Source: Candidatus Uhrbacteria bacterium (GTDB lineage Bacteria; Patescibacteriota; Patescibacteriia; SG8-24). Taken from it: a stretch of DNA of 43,276 nucleotides. Shown piece by piece: positions 33,326 to 42,403 of the stretch. The stretch spans positions 1 through 43,276 of the forward strand of contig JACQSM010000090.1 of NCBI GenBank assembly GCA_016205965.1. Direction: 5' to 3'. Positions within the stretch are counted from its first letter, which is position 1. The number at the start of each line of letters is the position of its first letter. Made by a program: the position numbers and the translations under genes. The notes beneath the pieces were generated by a model. The model was not told the DNA's origin. It saw only the letters and a list, made by a program, of their open reading frames with translations, and searched no databases.

Positions 33326-34075
33326 ATGACAACCGAAAATGCGGGAAGCAGGATCATCGTGGCCATCGACAAGCGCAACCTCGATGACGTGCTGCCCTTG
33401 GTGGCCGCCGTCGGCAGCGAAGTCGGCGGCTTCAAGGTGCGCGGCTCGCTGCTGCGTATGGAGACGACCGGGAAGGTCGTGGCGGCATTTCGCGATCTCG
33501 ACGCCGATGTTTTCGCCGACGTCAAACTCAACGACGTGCCCGACTCCATGGCCGAAGACGCCGGCGAGCTTTTCGACAGCGGCGTCAAAACGATCACCGT
33601 CATGGCCGCGTCCGGCATCGACGGGATGCGGGCCGCGGTCGACGCCAAGAAGGACGGCTGCCGCGTGTTGGCGGTCACCGTGCTGACGTCGCTCGACGAC
33701 AAGATGCTCGGACCGCACGTCTATGACGGCGCGGTCACGGCCAAGGTGTATCAATTCGCCTTGGATGCGCTGGTCGCGGGCGTCGACGGCATCGTCTGTT
33801 CGCCGCTGGAATGCGGCTTGCTGCGCAAGCGCCGCGAGCTGGCCAAGCTGGAGATCTGGACCCCGGGCATCCGTCCCGAGTGGGCCAAGCCCGGCGGCCA
33901 GGAGCGCTACACCACGCCGTCGCAGGCCTTCGAGGCCGGCGCCAGCCGTCTGATCATCGGCGGACCGATCACCAAGCCGCCCAAGGAGATCGGCGCACCC
34001 GCACAAGCGGTCGCCTCCATCAAGAACGAAATCACCAACGCCCTTTTGAAGAGGGAGATGGGGAGCAAGTCATGA
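33326..34075 (+). CDS. pyrF: Orotidine-5'-phosphate decarboxylase
   Basis: IIVAID, FKV, DVKLNDVP (DxKxxD), AVTVLTS, GIVCS, TPGIRP. Confidence 0.92.
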   Translation: MTTENAGSRIIVAIDKRNLDDVLPLVAAVGSEVGGFKVRGSLLRMETTGKVVAAFRDLDADVFADVKLNDVPDSMAEDAGELFDSGVKTITVMAASGIDGMRAAVDAKKDGCRVLAVTVLTSLDDKMLGPHVYDGAVTAKVYQFALDALVAGVDGIVCSPLECGLLRKRRELAKLEIWTPGIRPEWAKPGGQERYTTPSQAFEAGASRLIIGGPITKPPKEIGAPAQAVASIKNEITNALLKREMGSKS

Positions 34076-34698
34076 AGCCAGACGACGTCTTGAAGAAGTT
34101 GGAATCCTGCGGCGCCGTTCTCCGCAATACCCATGTGGCGTTGCAAGGCCGCCGTCACGGTGATGCTTACGTCGATTTCAAGAAGGTGTTCCTTGACGTC
34201 ATGCTTGCCTCCGAATTCGGCGAAGCCTTGGCCATGGCCTGTGCCGACTTCATGCCGGATGCTGTCGTCGGACCGCCGATGGGCGCTGACCGCCTCGCCT
34301 ACGAGGTCGGTCTGAACCTGGCTGTGTACCAAAACCGCCTCGTAATGTCGCCCTATGCCGAAAAAATCGGCGGGCCGGAGAAGTTCGAGTTCCGTCCGGA
34401 ATTCCTGGCGGCGTTCGCCGGGAAGAAATTTCTGATCGTCGAGGACGTCAAGAAGACTGGAGACTCGGCCGATGCTTTGGCCGCGATCGTCACGCGTCAT
34501 GGCGGCATCATCTGCGGCAAAGCGGCCGTGGTAGATCGCCGGCCTTCAGTCGGCGGCTTCCGCAGCCTGCTCCAACTCGAGCTTCCGGATTGGCCGGAAG
34601 ACGAGTGCAAGCTGTGCGGAGTCATCGAACTCAACCGGACCGTCGGCCAATGGAAAGATTACGATGCGCGTCACCCGCGCCAAGGAGGACAGCCATGA
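34072..34698 (+). CDS. pyrE: Orotate phosphoribosyltransferase
   Basis: ATGA overlap with pyrF; GAV...H..L..GRH..YVD, GPPMG, YAEK, PRPP loop LIVEDV..TG, VDR. Confidence 0.85.
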   Translation: MKPDDVLKKLESCGAVLRNTHVALQGRRHGDAYVDFKKVFLDVMLASEFGEALAMACADFMPDAVVGPPMGADRLAYEVGLNLAVYQNRLVMSPYAEKIGGPEKFEFRPEFLAAFAGKKFLIVEDVKKTGDSADALAAIVTRHGGIICGKAAVVDRRPSVGGFRSLLQLELPDWPEDECKLCGVIELNRTVGQWKDYDARHPRQGGQP

Positions 34699-35807
34699 TC
34701 TACCAACGGCTGCTTCGTCCGATGCTCTTCGCCCTGTCGAGCGGCGATCCTGAAACCGCCCATGAGTGGGCCCTGCGCCTCTTGGCATGGTTCGACGCCA
34801 CGCCGGAACGCCGCCGATTTCTGGCTCGCGTCGCCGGCGCCCTCGACCTGCCCAAGACGCCTCGATGTCTGTTCGGCCTGACGTTCCCGACGCCGGTCGG
34901 CCTGGCCGCCGGTTTCGACAAGAACGCCGTCGCACCCAGGGTCTTCGAGGCTCTGGGCTTCGGCTTCGTCGAGATCGGCACGGTCACGCCGCGCCCGCAA
35001 CCGGGCAACCCGCGGCCGCGCATCGTCCGTCTGCCGCCGCAAGCGCTCATCAACCGCATGGGCTTTCCGAGCGAAGGCGCCGATGCCGTGGCTGTCAGGC
35101 TCCGCGCCAACAGCGGCGGCCTGGGCATTCCCCTGGGCGTCAACATCGGCAAGAACAAGGAGACCTCGCTCATTGGCGCCGCCGCCGATTACCGGACGGC
35201 GATGCAGAAGCTCTACGAGCGGGCCGACTACTTCGTCATCAACGTGAGTTCGCCCAATACGCCCGGTCTGCGCTCGCTCCAAGGAAAGGAGGAGCTGGAC
35301 TGGCTTCTCGGCGAGGTTGCCGAGGAGAATCTGGTGTTGGCCATGGACTTCGGCCGCGAACCGCGGCCCGTGCTGGTGAAGCTTTCGCCGGACCTGTCGT
35401 CGCACGCCATGGCCGAAGCCGTCGAGGTGTGCGTCAAACACGGCATCGCCGGCATCATCGCCGCCAACACCACCCTCGCTCGCGACGGTTTTTCCAAGAC
35501 CGAAGAAGCCGGGGGAGGAAGCGGCACGCCGCTCCGGCCGCGCGCGGCCTGGGCGGTCTCGGTTCTGCGCCGTTATGCTCCGTCCGAGATGGCGATCATC
35601 GGCGTCGGCGGCATCATGTGCGCCGACGACGCCAGAGCGATGCGGGAAGCCGGGGCCGATCTGGTCCAGCTCTACACCGGGTTGATTTACCGGGGTCCGT
35701 TCCTGGCCGTCGCCGTCGCCCGCGGCCTGGTCGAAAGGCCGGCACTCGCGGCCGGGCTGCAAGCCGCGGCGCTTCCACCGGCAGAAAAGTCTCCGCCGAC
35801 GCCCTGA
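34695..35807 (+). CDS. pyrD: Dihydroorotate dehydrogenase, class 2 (quinone)
   Basis: DPETAH, GLAAGFDKNA, GTVTPRPQPGNPRPR, INRMGF, NIGKNK, NVSSPNTPGLR, VKLSPD, GVGG, VQLYTGLIY. Confidence 0.95.
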   Translation: MIYQRLLRPMLFALSSGDPETAHEWALRLLAWFDATPERRRFLARVAGALDLPKTPRCLFGLTFPTPVGLAAGFDKNAVAPRVFEALGFGFVEIGTVTPRPQPGNPRPRIVRLPPQALINRMGFPSEGADAVAVRLRANSGGLGIPLGVNIGKNKETSLIGAAADYRTAMQKLYERADYFVINVSSPNTPGLRSLQGKEELDWLLGEVAEENLVLAMDFGREPRPVLVKLSPDLSSHAMAEAVEVCVKHGIAGIIAANTTLARDGFSKTEEAGGGSGTPLRPRAAWAVSVLRRYAPSEMAIIGVGGIMCADDARAMREAGADLVQLYTGLIYRGPFLAVAVARGLVERPALAAGLQAAALPPAEKSPPTP

Positions 35808-35825
35808 AAGGCGTCTTTTTCTTTT
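35798..35825 (+). terminator. pyr operon terminator
   Basis: GACGCC-CTGAAA-GGCGTC followed by TTTTTCTTTT. Confidence 0.7.
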
Positions 35826-35854
35826 GGCCGGCCGTTCCGTGGTATCCTGAAAAT

Positions 35855-37012
35855 ATGAACGCCCGCATCAAAAAGCTCTGGATCGCGGTCATGACGCTGG
35901 TCGGCACCATCATCGGCGTCGGCATCTTCGCCGTGCCCTACGCTCTCGATCGCGTCGGCGTCACCGTCGGCGCCGTCTACTTTTTGCTGCTCGGCGGCAT
36001 CCAGCTCCTGCAGCACCTTTTTTACGCCGAGACGGCCATCGCCACGGCCGAAAAGCACCGCTTGGTCGGCCTGGTCGAGCGCCATCTCGGAAAAAATTCC
36101 CGCCACCTGGCCTCGATTTCTTCGATCTTCGGTTTTTGGGGCGCCATGATCGCCTACATTTTGGTCGGCGGCGTCTTTCTGCACACGCTCCTCGCCGGGC
36201 AGCTCGGCGGCCAACCTTGGCACTACCAGCTCGCTTGGGCGGTGCTCGGCGGCCTGGTCATCGTGCGCGGTCTCGATTTCGTGTCGAAGGTCGAGTTTTG
36301 GATGACCATCGGTTTGCTCGCGACCATGGGAATGATCATCGGCCTGGGCCTGCCGCATGTGCGGCCGGCGAATTTTCATTTCGTGGCCATGGGAGATTTT
36401 TTCCTGCCATACGGCATCATCCTGTTCGCGCTCAACGGCCTGTCGGCGATACCTTCGATGGAAGAGATCGTCGGCGGCGATCGCAATGCCTTCCGATTGT
36501 CGGTCGTCTACGGATCGCTCATCGCCACGGCGATGACGGCGCTTTTCGGCTTCGTCGTATGGGGCGTCACCGGCCGGGCCACGACCGAGGACGCCGTCGC
36601 CGGGCTGCGCCTCGCCCTCGGCCCGGACATCACCATGATCGCTGCCCTGTTCGGATTCCTGGCCGTGGCCACGTCGTATTTCACGACCGCGCTCAATCTG
36701 CGCGAGACCTTCGAATATGATTATAAAATCCGGGCCCTGCCGGCCTGGCTCATGGCCGCGGGCGTGCCGCTCATCGTGTTCCTGCTCGGCGCCGAGAGCT
36801 TTATCGGCATCATCAGCTTCACCGGCGCGGTCTTCGGCGGCATCGTCGCCGTGCTCATCGCCGTCATGTACATCGCCGTCGCCAAGCGGGGGTTGGTCAA
36901 AGACATGCCCCTGGGCCTTTCGATCTCCCTGGCGCGCATCTCGATCCTCATTTTGTCGATCGGCGCCGGGTACGAAATTCTGACCACGGCGCGGAAACTC
37001 TTTGGACCTTGA
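35855..37012 (+). CDS. Aromatic amino acid transport family (HAAAP-like) permease
   Basis: TLVGTIIGVGIFAVPY, PYGIILFA, AVATSY; about 11 TM helices; TGGTATCCT -10 six nt before the ATG. Confidence 0.85.
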   Translation: MNARIKKLWIAVMTLVGTIIGVGIFAVPYALDRVGVTVGAVYFLLLGGIQLLQHLFYAETAIATAEKHRLVGLVERHLGKNSRHLASISSIFGFWGAMIAYILVGGVFLHTLLAGQLGGQPWHYQLAWAVLGGLVIVRGLDFVSKVEFWMTIGLLATMGMIIGLGLPHVRPANFHFVAMGDFFLPYGIILFALNGLSAIPSMEEIVGGDRNAFRLSVVYGSLIATAMTALFGFVVWGVTGRATTEDAVAGLRLALGPDITMIAALFGFLAVATSYFTTALNLRETFEYDYKIRALPAWLMAAGVPLIVFLLGAESFIGIISFTGAVFGGIVAVLIAVMYIAVAKRGLVKDMPLGLSISLARISILILSIGAGYEILTTARKLFGP

Positions 37013-37067
37013 CGCGGCAATGCCAGATGCATAGAATTTTGCCGAAGCTCTTTGCCAAGGAGGCGGC

Positions 37068-37604
37068 ATGTCCATCCGGACTGTTATTGTCGGTATTCCC
37101 GTTCCCACGATTCTCTGGCCGGACGAGCTTCGTCCTTACGTCGACCACGTTCTTGCGCCGCATGGTTTGACGCTGACAGGCCTCCGAGTCGGCCCTGCAT
37201 ATTTCGAAAAGGTCGAGGCTGCGGCCACCGTCTATGCCCGCTGTCAGGCCGGTGAAGGGACGGCGGCGATGCTACTTGATGGCAGACTCGGCTTTTCCGA
37301 CGCAGCACTCTACGACAGGCCGATCCATGGCGGCGAGACCGAGTGGCAGTACAGCCGGGCTTGGGTGCATTGGGTCGACGTCGTCGGGGCGTCGTCTTGG
37401 CCGGATGCGATGCGCCGGATCGGTTCCTACCTAGGCTCGATTCTTCTTGCCCCTGTCTACGCTCTTTGGATGATGGTGCGGCACGGCGTCGGCCCGGTAC
37501 ATGTGATCTTCAGTTTCGCCCTCGTCGTCATGGGTCTGGTTGATTCCGTGAGGCGCTTGCAGGTCATGCGGCGCATTACCAGGCAAAAAAAGACCGCCCC
37601 TTAG
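37068..37604 (+). CDS. Hypothetical protein with two C-terminal TM helices
   Basis: Promoter TTGACG-17-TAGAAT (37009-37037), AAGGAGG SD, hairpin at the stop. Confidence 0.65.
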   Translation: MSIRTVIVGIPVPTILWPDELRPYVDHVLAPHGLTLTGLRVGPAYFEKVEAAATVYARCQAGEGTAAMLLDGRLGFSDAALYDRPIHGGETEWQYSRAWVHWVDVVGASSWPDAMRRIGSYLGSILLAPVYALWMMVRHGVGPVHVIFSFALVVMGLVDSVRRLQVMRRITRQKKTAP

Positions 37605-37615
37605 TGGGACGGTTT

Positions 37616-38458
37616 TTACTTTTGCGCGCGGCGCCGTTTGGTCAGCTCGAGCGTGTTGCGCAGCAGCATCGCCACCGTGACCGGTCCGACGCCGCCCGGA
37701 ACGGGGGAGACGGCTCCGGCCACGGAGCAGACCGAGGCGGCAACGTCGCCGACGGTCTTTCGGCCGACCCGCGTCGTGCCGACGTCGATGACGACGGCGC
37801 CGGGCTTGACCATGTCGGCGGTGATGCAGCCGGGTTTGCCGACGGCCGTCACCAGCACGTCGGCCTGCCAAGTCTTGTCGGCCAGGTCGGGGTCGGAAGA
37901 CTGCGCGAACGACGGTTCCAAGCCGGCCTGCCGCAGCGAGACCGCCAGCGGTTCGTAGAACACCCGGCTGTTGGCGACCACGACGGCGTTGTTGCCGGCG
38001 AGCGGCACCTCGGCGGCGCCGATCAGCGCCATGATGCTCGACACCAATCCGGGCGGATGCCAGCCGCTGCCCGAGACATGGCTTTCGATGGTGTCGGGAT
38101 GAAAACCGTCGACGTCCTTGCTCGGGTGCATACGGGCGATGATCGGGTCGGCTTCGAGCGGCTTGGGCAGCGGCAGCTGGACCAGAATCGCGTCGATGTC
38201 TTCGCGGCCGTTGAGTTCCTCGAGTGCGGCCAACACTTCGTCTTCGGCGGCCGTCGCCGGCAGCAGCCGCAGTTCGAAACGGATGCCAGCCTCGGCGCAA
38301 GCCTTCTTTTTGAGGCCGACGTAAAGATGCGAGGCCGGATCGTCGCCGACCAGCACGACGCCCAGGCCCGGCTCGGCGCCGAGTTCCTGGATTCCGGTGC
38401 GGACTTGAGCGGTAATGGCGGCGGCGATCGCTTTGCCGTCGATGATCTTCGCAAGCAT
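37616..38458 (-). CDS. folD: Methylenetetrahydrofolate dehydrogenase/cyclohydrolase
   Basis: IIDGKAIA, VLVGDDPASHLYV..K, ILVQLPLP, KDVDGFHP, VIDVG, PVPGGVGPVT. Confidence 0.95.
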   Translation of the reverse strand: MLAKIIDGKAIAAAITAQVRTGIQELGAEPGLGVVLVGDDPASHLYVGLKKKACAEAGIRFELRLLPATAAEDEVLAALEELNGREDIDAILVQLPLPKPLEADPIIARMHPSKDVDGFHPDTIESHVSGSGWHPPGLVSSIMALIGAAEVPLAGNNAVVVANSRVFYEPLAVSLRQAGLEPSFAQSSDPDLADKTWQADVLVTAVGKPGCITADMVKPGAVVIDVGTTRVGRKTVGDVAASVCSVAGAVSPVPGGVGPVTVAMLLRNTLELTKRRRAQK

Positions 38459-38485
38459 GGTCTGCCTCCTTAGTAAGGCTTGTTT

Positions 38486-39766
38486 CTAAAGAACCGTCAT
38501 CCCTTCGTAGATCGGATGGGCGGCGGCGAGGTCGCGGACGGTCCCGGCGATCTCTTTTTTGGCCGCCTCATCGCCGCGCTCCTTGAGCGTCCGGACGATC
38601 AGCCGGGCCACGGTCTTCATGTCGCCGTCGGCGAAACCGCGGGTGGTGAGCGCCGGGGTGCCGATGCGCAGCCCCGACGGATCGAGCGGCTTGCGGGTGT
38701 CGAAAGGGATCATGTTTTTGTTGGTGTAGATGCCGACCTCGTCCAAGAGCGTTTCGGCTTCTTTGCCGCCGACGCCCAGCGGCGTCAGGTCGACCAGGGC
38801 CAGATGATTGTCGGTGCCGCCGCTCACCAAACGCAAACCTTCGGCGGCGAGACCTTCGGCCAGCGCCTTGGCGTTGGCGATCACCTGTTTTTGGTAGTCG
38901 ACGAAAGACGGGTCGAGCGCTTCTTTGAAAGCGACCGCCTTGGCCGCGATGCAATGCTCCAAGGGGCCGCCCTGCATGCCTGGGAAAACCGCCGAATCGA
39001 CGCGCTGGGCCAGATTTTTTTTGTCGTTCGGCCGCAAGCGATCGGCGGTTTTCGACAGGATCATGGCGCCGCGCGGGCCGCGTAGGGTTTTGTGGGTCGT
39101 GGTGGTGACGATGTCGGCATGGGGGATCGGGTCGGGATACACTTTGGCCGCGACCAAGCCGGCGAAGTGCGCCATGTCGACCATAAGGTACGCCCCGACT
39201 TCGTCGGCGATCGCTCGAAAAGCGGCAAAATCCAGTTTACGAGAATACGCGGTGAAACCGGCGACGATCACTTTGGGCTTGGATTCCAGCGCGATCCGCC
39301 GAACCTCGTCCATGTCGATCACCTCGTTGTCGCGGCGGACGCCATAATGCGCGATCTTATAAAATCGTCCGGAAAAATTCACCGGCGAGCCGTGCGTCAG
39401 ATGCCCGCCATGCGCCAGGTCCATGGCCAAGATCGTGTCGCCGAGGTCGCACATGGCGAAGTAGGCTTCGGCGTTGGCTTGCGAGCCGGCGTGCGGCTGG
39501 ACGTTGGCGTGTTCGGCGCCGAATAATTTTTTGGCCCGCTCGATCGCCAGATTTTCGACGACGTCGACGAAAGCGTTGCCGCCGTAATAGCGCCGGCCCG
39601 GGTAGCCTTCGGAATATTTGTTCGCCAAAGGCGTGCCCAAGGCCTCGAGCACGGCCGGCGAGACGATGTTTTCGGATGCGATCATCTCTAGGCCTTGGCG
39701 CTGGCGGTCGATCTCGGATTCGACGGCGCGAGCGACCTCGGGATCGGCGGCGGAAAGTCGGGACAT
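38486..39766 (-). CDS. glyA: Serine hydroxymethyltransferase
   Basis: [56 protein letters not shown]; start set at ATG 39766. Confidence 0.97.
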   Translation of the reverse strand: MSRLSAADPEVARAVESEIDRQRQGLEMIASENIVSPAVLEALGTPLANKYSEGYPGRRYYGGNAFVDVVENLAIERAKKLFGAEHANVQPHAGSQANAEAYFAMCDLGDTILAMDLAHGGHLTHGSPVNFSGRFYKIAHYGVRRDNEVIDMDEVRRIALESKPKVIVAGFTAYSRKLDFAAFRAIADEVGAYLMVDMAHFAGLVAAKVYPDPIPHADIVTTTTHKTLRGPRGAMILSKTADRLRPNDKKNLAQRVDSAVFPGMQGGPLEHCIAAKAVAFKEALDPSFVDYQKQVIANAKALAEGLAAEGLRLVSGGTDNHLALVDLTPLGVGGKEAETLLDEVGIYTNKNMIPFDTRKPLDPSGLRIGTPALTTRGFADGDMKTVARLIVRTLKERGDEAAKKEIAGTVRDLAAAHPIYEGMTVL

Positions 39767-39821
39767 AACGATTGGTACTGTAGCATCACGGCCGGAAAAA
39801 ATAAAAACCCCGATTCGGGGT

Positions 39822-40106
39822 TCAGTTGGGGAGGCCTCGCACCACCAGCAGTCGGTTGCCGTGGATGTTGTTCGGCATCTCGACCACGTCGAGATGGAGG
39901 GCGTTGATCCGGATATGTTGTTCCTCGTCGTAAGCCGGAATCTTGACCTGCTGATCGTGGCCGAGGATGCATTCGGCCAGGGCCAGGCTGTCGTGCGGCA
40001 GCGGATGCGGGCTGACGGTGATGACGTAGCGTCCGGTGACCGGATTGGTTCCCTCGGCCTGGACGTAGAGGCGGGCCAGCGAGGCGTTGACGACGTAAAG
40101 CGCCAT
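39822..40106 (-). CDS. Small hypothetical protein
   Basis: GAAAGGAGG SD; followed by hairpin AACCCCG-AAT-CGGGGTT plus T-tract on minus. Confidence 0.6.
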   Translation of the reverse strand: MALYVVNASLARLYVQAEGTNPVTGRYVITVSPHPLPHDSLALAECILGHDQQVKIPAYDEEQHIRINALHLDVVEMPNNIHGNRLLVVRGLPN

Positions 40107-40118
40107 GGAATCCTCCTT

Positions 40119-40904
40119 TCAATCGCATTTGGCGGTGACGAAGCAGGGGATGGCCAGGCATTCATAGGTCGCCCGGACGGCTTCCTTGATGGTGTCGGCC
40201 GAGACCGCCACGGCGTAGGTCGCCCGGTCCGAACGGATCAGCAAGCCGACCACTCGGCCGCGGTCGTCGAAGAAGGCCGAGCCGGAAGTGCCGCCGGGGA
40301 AGATGCCCTGGCCGGGGCCGCGCTCATGGACTTCGAACCGATTCGACGACCGGCCCGCCTTGCAGTCCTTGCGGGTGACGTTTTTCACCACGCCGGAATG
40401 GTACAGGAAGCGGTAATTGTCGATGCCCGGACCGATGTACTCATATCCGCGGGAGGTCACGATCTGGCCGGCGTACGGTCCGTCGTCGGCGACCGGGAAC
40501 GGCGGATCGTCGACCGGAGCCGCCAGGAACAGCAGGTCGTTGGCGTAGTCGACGGCGGTGATGACGGTGTCGAAGCAGGCGCCGCCGCGCTTGATTTTCA
40601 CCGGCATGGTGATCAGGTCGGCGGGGTTCTTCTTCCGGCCCTCCTTTATCACCAGATGGGCAGCGGTCATGAGCGTGTTCGGACCTATGACGTAGGCATT
40701 GGCGCCGAACCGTTCGCCCTTCTTGCCTTCGCTGCAGCGGCCGCCTTCATAGGCGACGTAGAAGCCGCGCTGTTCCGGCGGCGTGAAGAAGCGCGAAATC
40801 ATGCGGGGGATCGAGCAGCCGACCAGGACGACGATAACCGCATGCGCGATCAAGGAAAAAAATTCCAGGCGCGATCGCGGCTTGGCTTGCGGGGACTCGG
40901 TCAT
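40119..40904 (-). CDS. Trypsin-like serine protease with N-terminal TM/signal
   Basis: [29 protein letters not shown]; TGGAGG SD before ATG 40904. Confidence 0.8.
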   Translation of the reverse strand: MTESPQAKPRSRLEFFSLIAHAVIVVLVGCSIPRMISRFFTPPEQRGFYVAYEGGRCSEGKKGERFGANAYVIGPNTLMTAAHLVIKEGRKKNPADLITMPVKIKRGGACFDTVITAVDYANDLLFLAAPVDDPPFPVADDGPYAGQIVTSRGYEYIGPGIDNYRFLYHSGVVKNVTRKDCKAGRSSNRFEVHERGPGQGIFPGGTSGSAFFDDRGRVVGLLIRSDRATYAVAVSADTIKEAVRATYECLAIPCFVTAKCD

Positions 40905-40983
40905 GACAGACCTCCATGTCAAAGGACCATATTCAGCCTTACCACGAGTCGGAGATTAAAAAAAGCGCCGTGGATGCGGCGCG

Positions 40984-41265
40984 TCATTGCGGCAGGCCGA
41001 TCTCTTCGAGAATGACGAGGTGCGCCCCTCCGGCCTGATAAGTGAACTGGTAGCGCAGGCCGATGCGGTCCTGGACTTTGACCTTGGAGATGTCGTCGAT
41101 CGCCGGGACGCCGCGGCTCTTGCCGGGATTGACTCGCGGCGTGAGCAGGCTCGGCATCTGGGTGGCGGCGATGCGGTAGAAGGTGATGATGAATTGCGAC
41201 GAGTCGCGCGTGCGCTGGATCTTGATGTAGATGCGACGTTTGGTTCGATTGGTGATGACGAGCAT
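40984..41265 (-). CDS. Small basic hypothetical protein
   Basis: AAAGGAGG SD; terminator-like GCGCCG...CGGCGC-T tract downstream. Confidence 0.55.
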   Translation of the reverse strand: MLVITNRTKRRIYIKIQRTRDSSQFIITFYRIAATQMPSLLTPRVNPGKSRGVPAIDDISKVKVQDRIGLRYQFTYQAGGAHLVILEEIGLPQ

Positions 41266-41411
41266 CGCCCGCCCTCCTTTCCGTTCTTTTAGCGCCTCTC
41301 TGTAGTAAGGACGAGAAACGGCAAAGTGGCAAGTCCGCGCCTTAATCCTTGCATTTTTCCGGGCCCGCGCTATGGTCAGTCAACCCCATTACCGCACCCC
41401 CGGAGGCAGCC

Positions 41412-42335
41412 ATGATCGGATCCAAGAAAGATTCCGATTTCCTGACCGAGGACGAATACCGTTTGACGGTTCTCGTGGGCCGCTCCTTATCTTGCGAATG
41501 GAAAGCGCATGACGACGGCGGGCGAAAGCTGGTCTTCGTCGACGCTTACGCGCTCAACCATTTTTACGACATGGTCTGCCGTCTGGGCGAGCCCGACGGG
41601 CATCGCCTGGGCGCGGCCGTCTTCCTGTGCGCCGCCGACAAGCGGAAGATCGAGCGGTCGGTGCTGTCCAAGGTGCTCACCAGGCTGGCCCGAGTCCTGT
41701 TCGACGTCCGCGGCGCCGCCGGCAACCCGACCGAAGCGGCCGTGGCCCATTTCGCCCGGTTCATCCGCGAGATCGTCGGCGAAGTGCCGCGCATGATCCT
41801 GGAATGGGTCGAAGACATGGACACCGACGACGCCGAGCGCGATCTGGCGCGCCAGCCGACCGAGGTGATCCGCGGCGTGCTCTTCTCGCCCTCCATGGAT
41901 CACCGGCGGGCGGTGCGTTTTTGGGCGCTCGCCGCCGAGTCGCCGCTCTTTCCTTGCCGCATCTTCAGCGACCAGTGCCAGCCGGCCGAGGGCGAGATGT
42001 TTTCGGCCTACCAGCGGCGGGCATTCGGCACGTTCTTCGCCCTGGCGCCCGAGGCCGCTTTCCAGCGCTTCGCCGGCCATGTGTTCGAGGCGACCAAAGC
42101 GCCGACCGTGCTGCGCCTGGTGCTGGCGGGCACTGCCAACTGGATTCCGGCTCCCAAACCCGTCGAACAGCCGGAATTCGGCCGGCGGGTGCGCGAGGAT
42201 ATCATCGGCAGCGTCAAAAACGCGGAGCGGCAGGAGGCGCTCCGCCGCATCTTTTTTCCCGAGGTGAAAGAAAAGCCGCCGGTTGAGGCGGCCGAGGCGT
42301 CGGATCCGTCCCATGCCCGCGCGGTCGTCTGCTAG
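41412..42335 (+). CDS. Hypothetical protein
   Basis: GGAGG SD before ATG 41412; GC3-biased codons; hairpin AGAGGG...CCCTCT-T tract after the stop. Confidence 0.65.
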   Translation: MIGSKKDSDFLTEDEYRLTVLVGRSLSCEWKAHDDGGRKLVFVDAYALNHFYDMVCRLGEPDGHRLGAAVFLCAADKRKIERSVLSKVLTRLARVLFDVRGAAGNPTEAAVAHFARFIREIVGEVPRMILEWVEDMDTDDAERDLARQPTEVIRGVLFSPSMDHRRAVRFWALAAESPLFPCRIFSDQCQPAEGEMFSAYQRRAFGTFFALAPEAAFQRFAGHVFEATKAPTVLRLVLAGTANWIPAPKPVEQPEFGRRVREDIIGSVKNAERQEALRRIFFPEVKEKPPVEAAEASDPSHARAVVC

Positions 42336-42403
42336 AGGGTTACTCGCCCTCTTTTTTTATTGCGACATCTGCAAAATCTGTTTTTGTGGTAAACTCGAGC
42401 CAT

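Noticed and set aside
34766-37012. 748-aa ORF as a fused transporter
   Set aside because: First half is an off-frame read of pyrD and crosses a terminator; the permease starts at 35855
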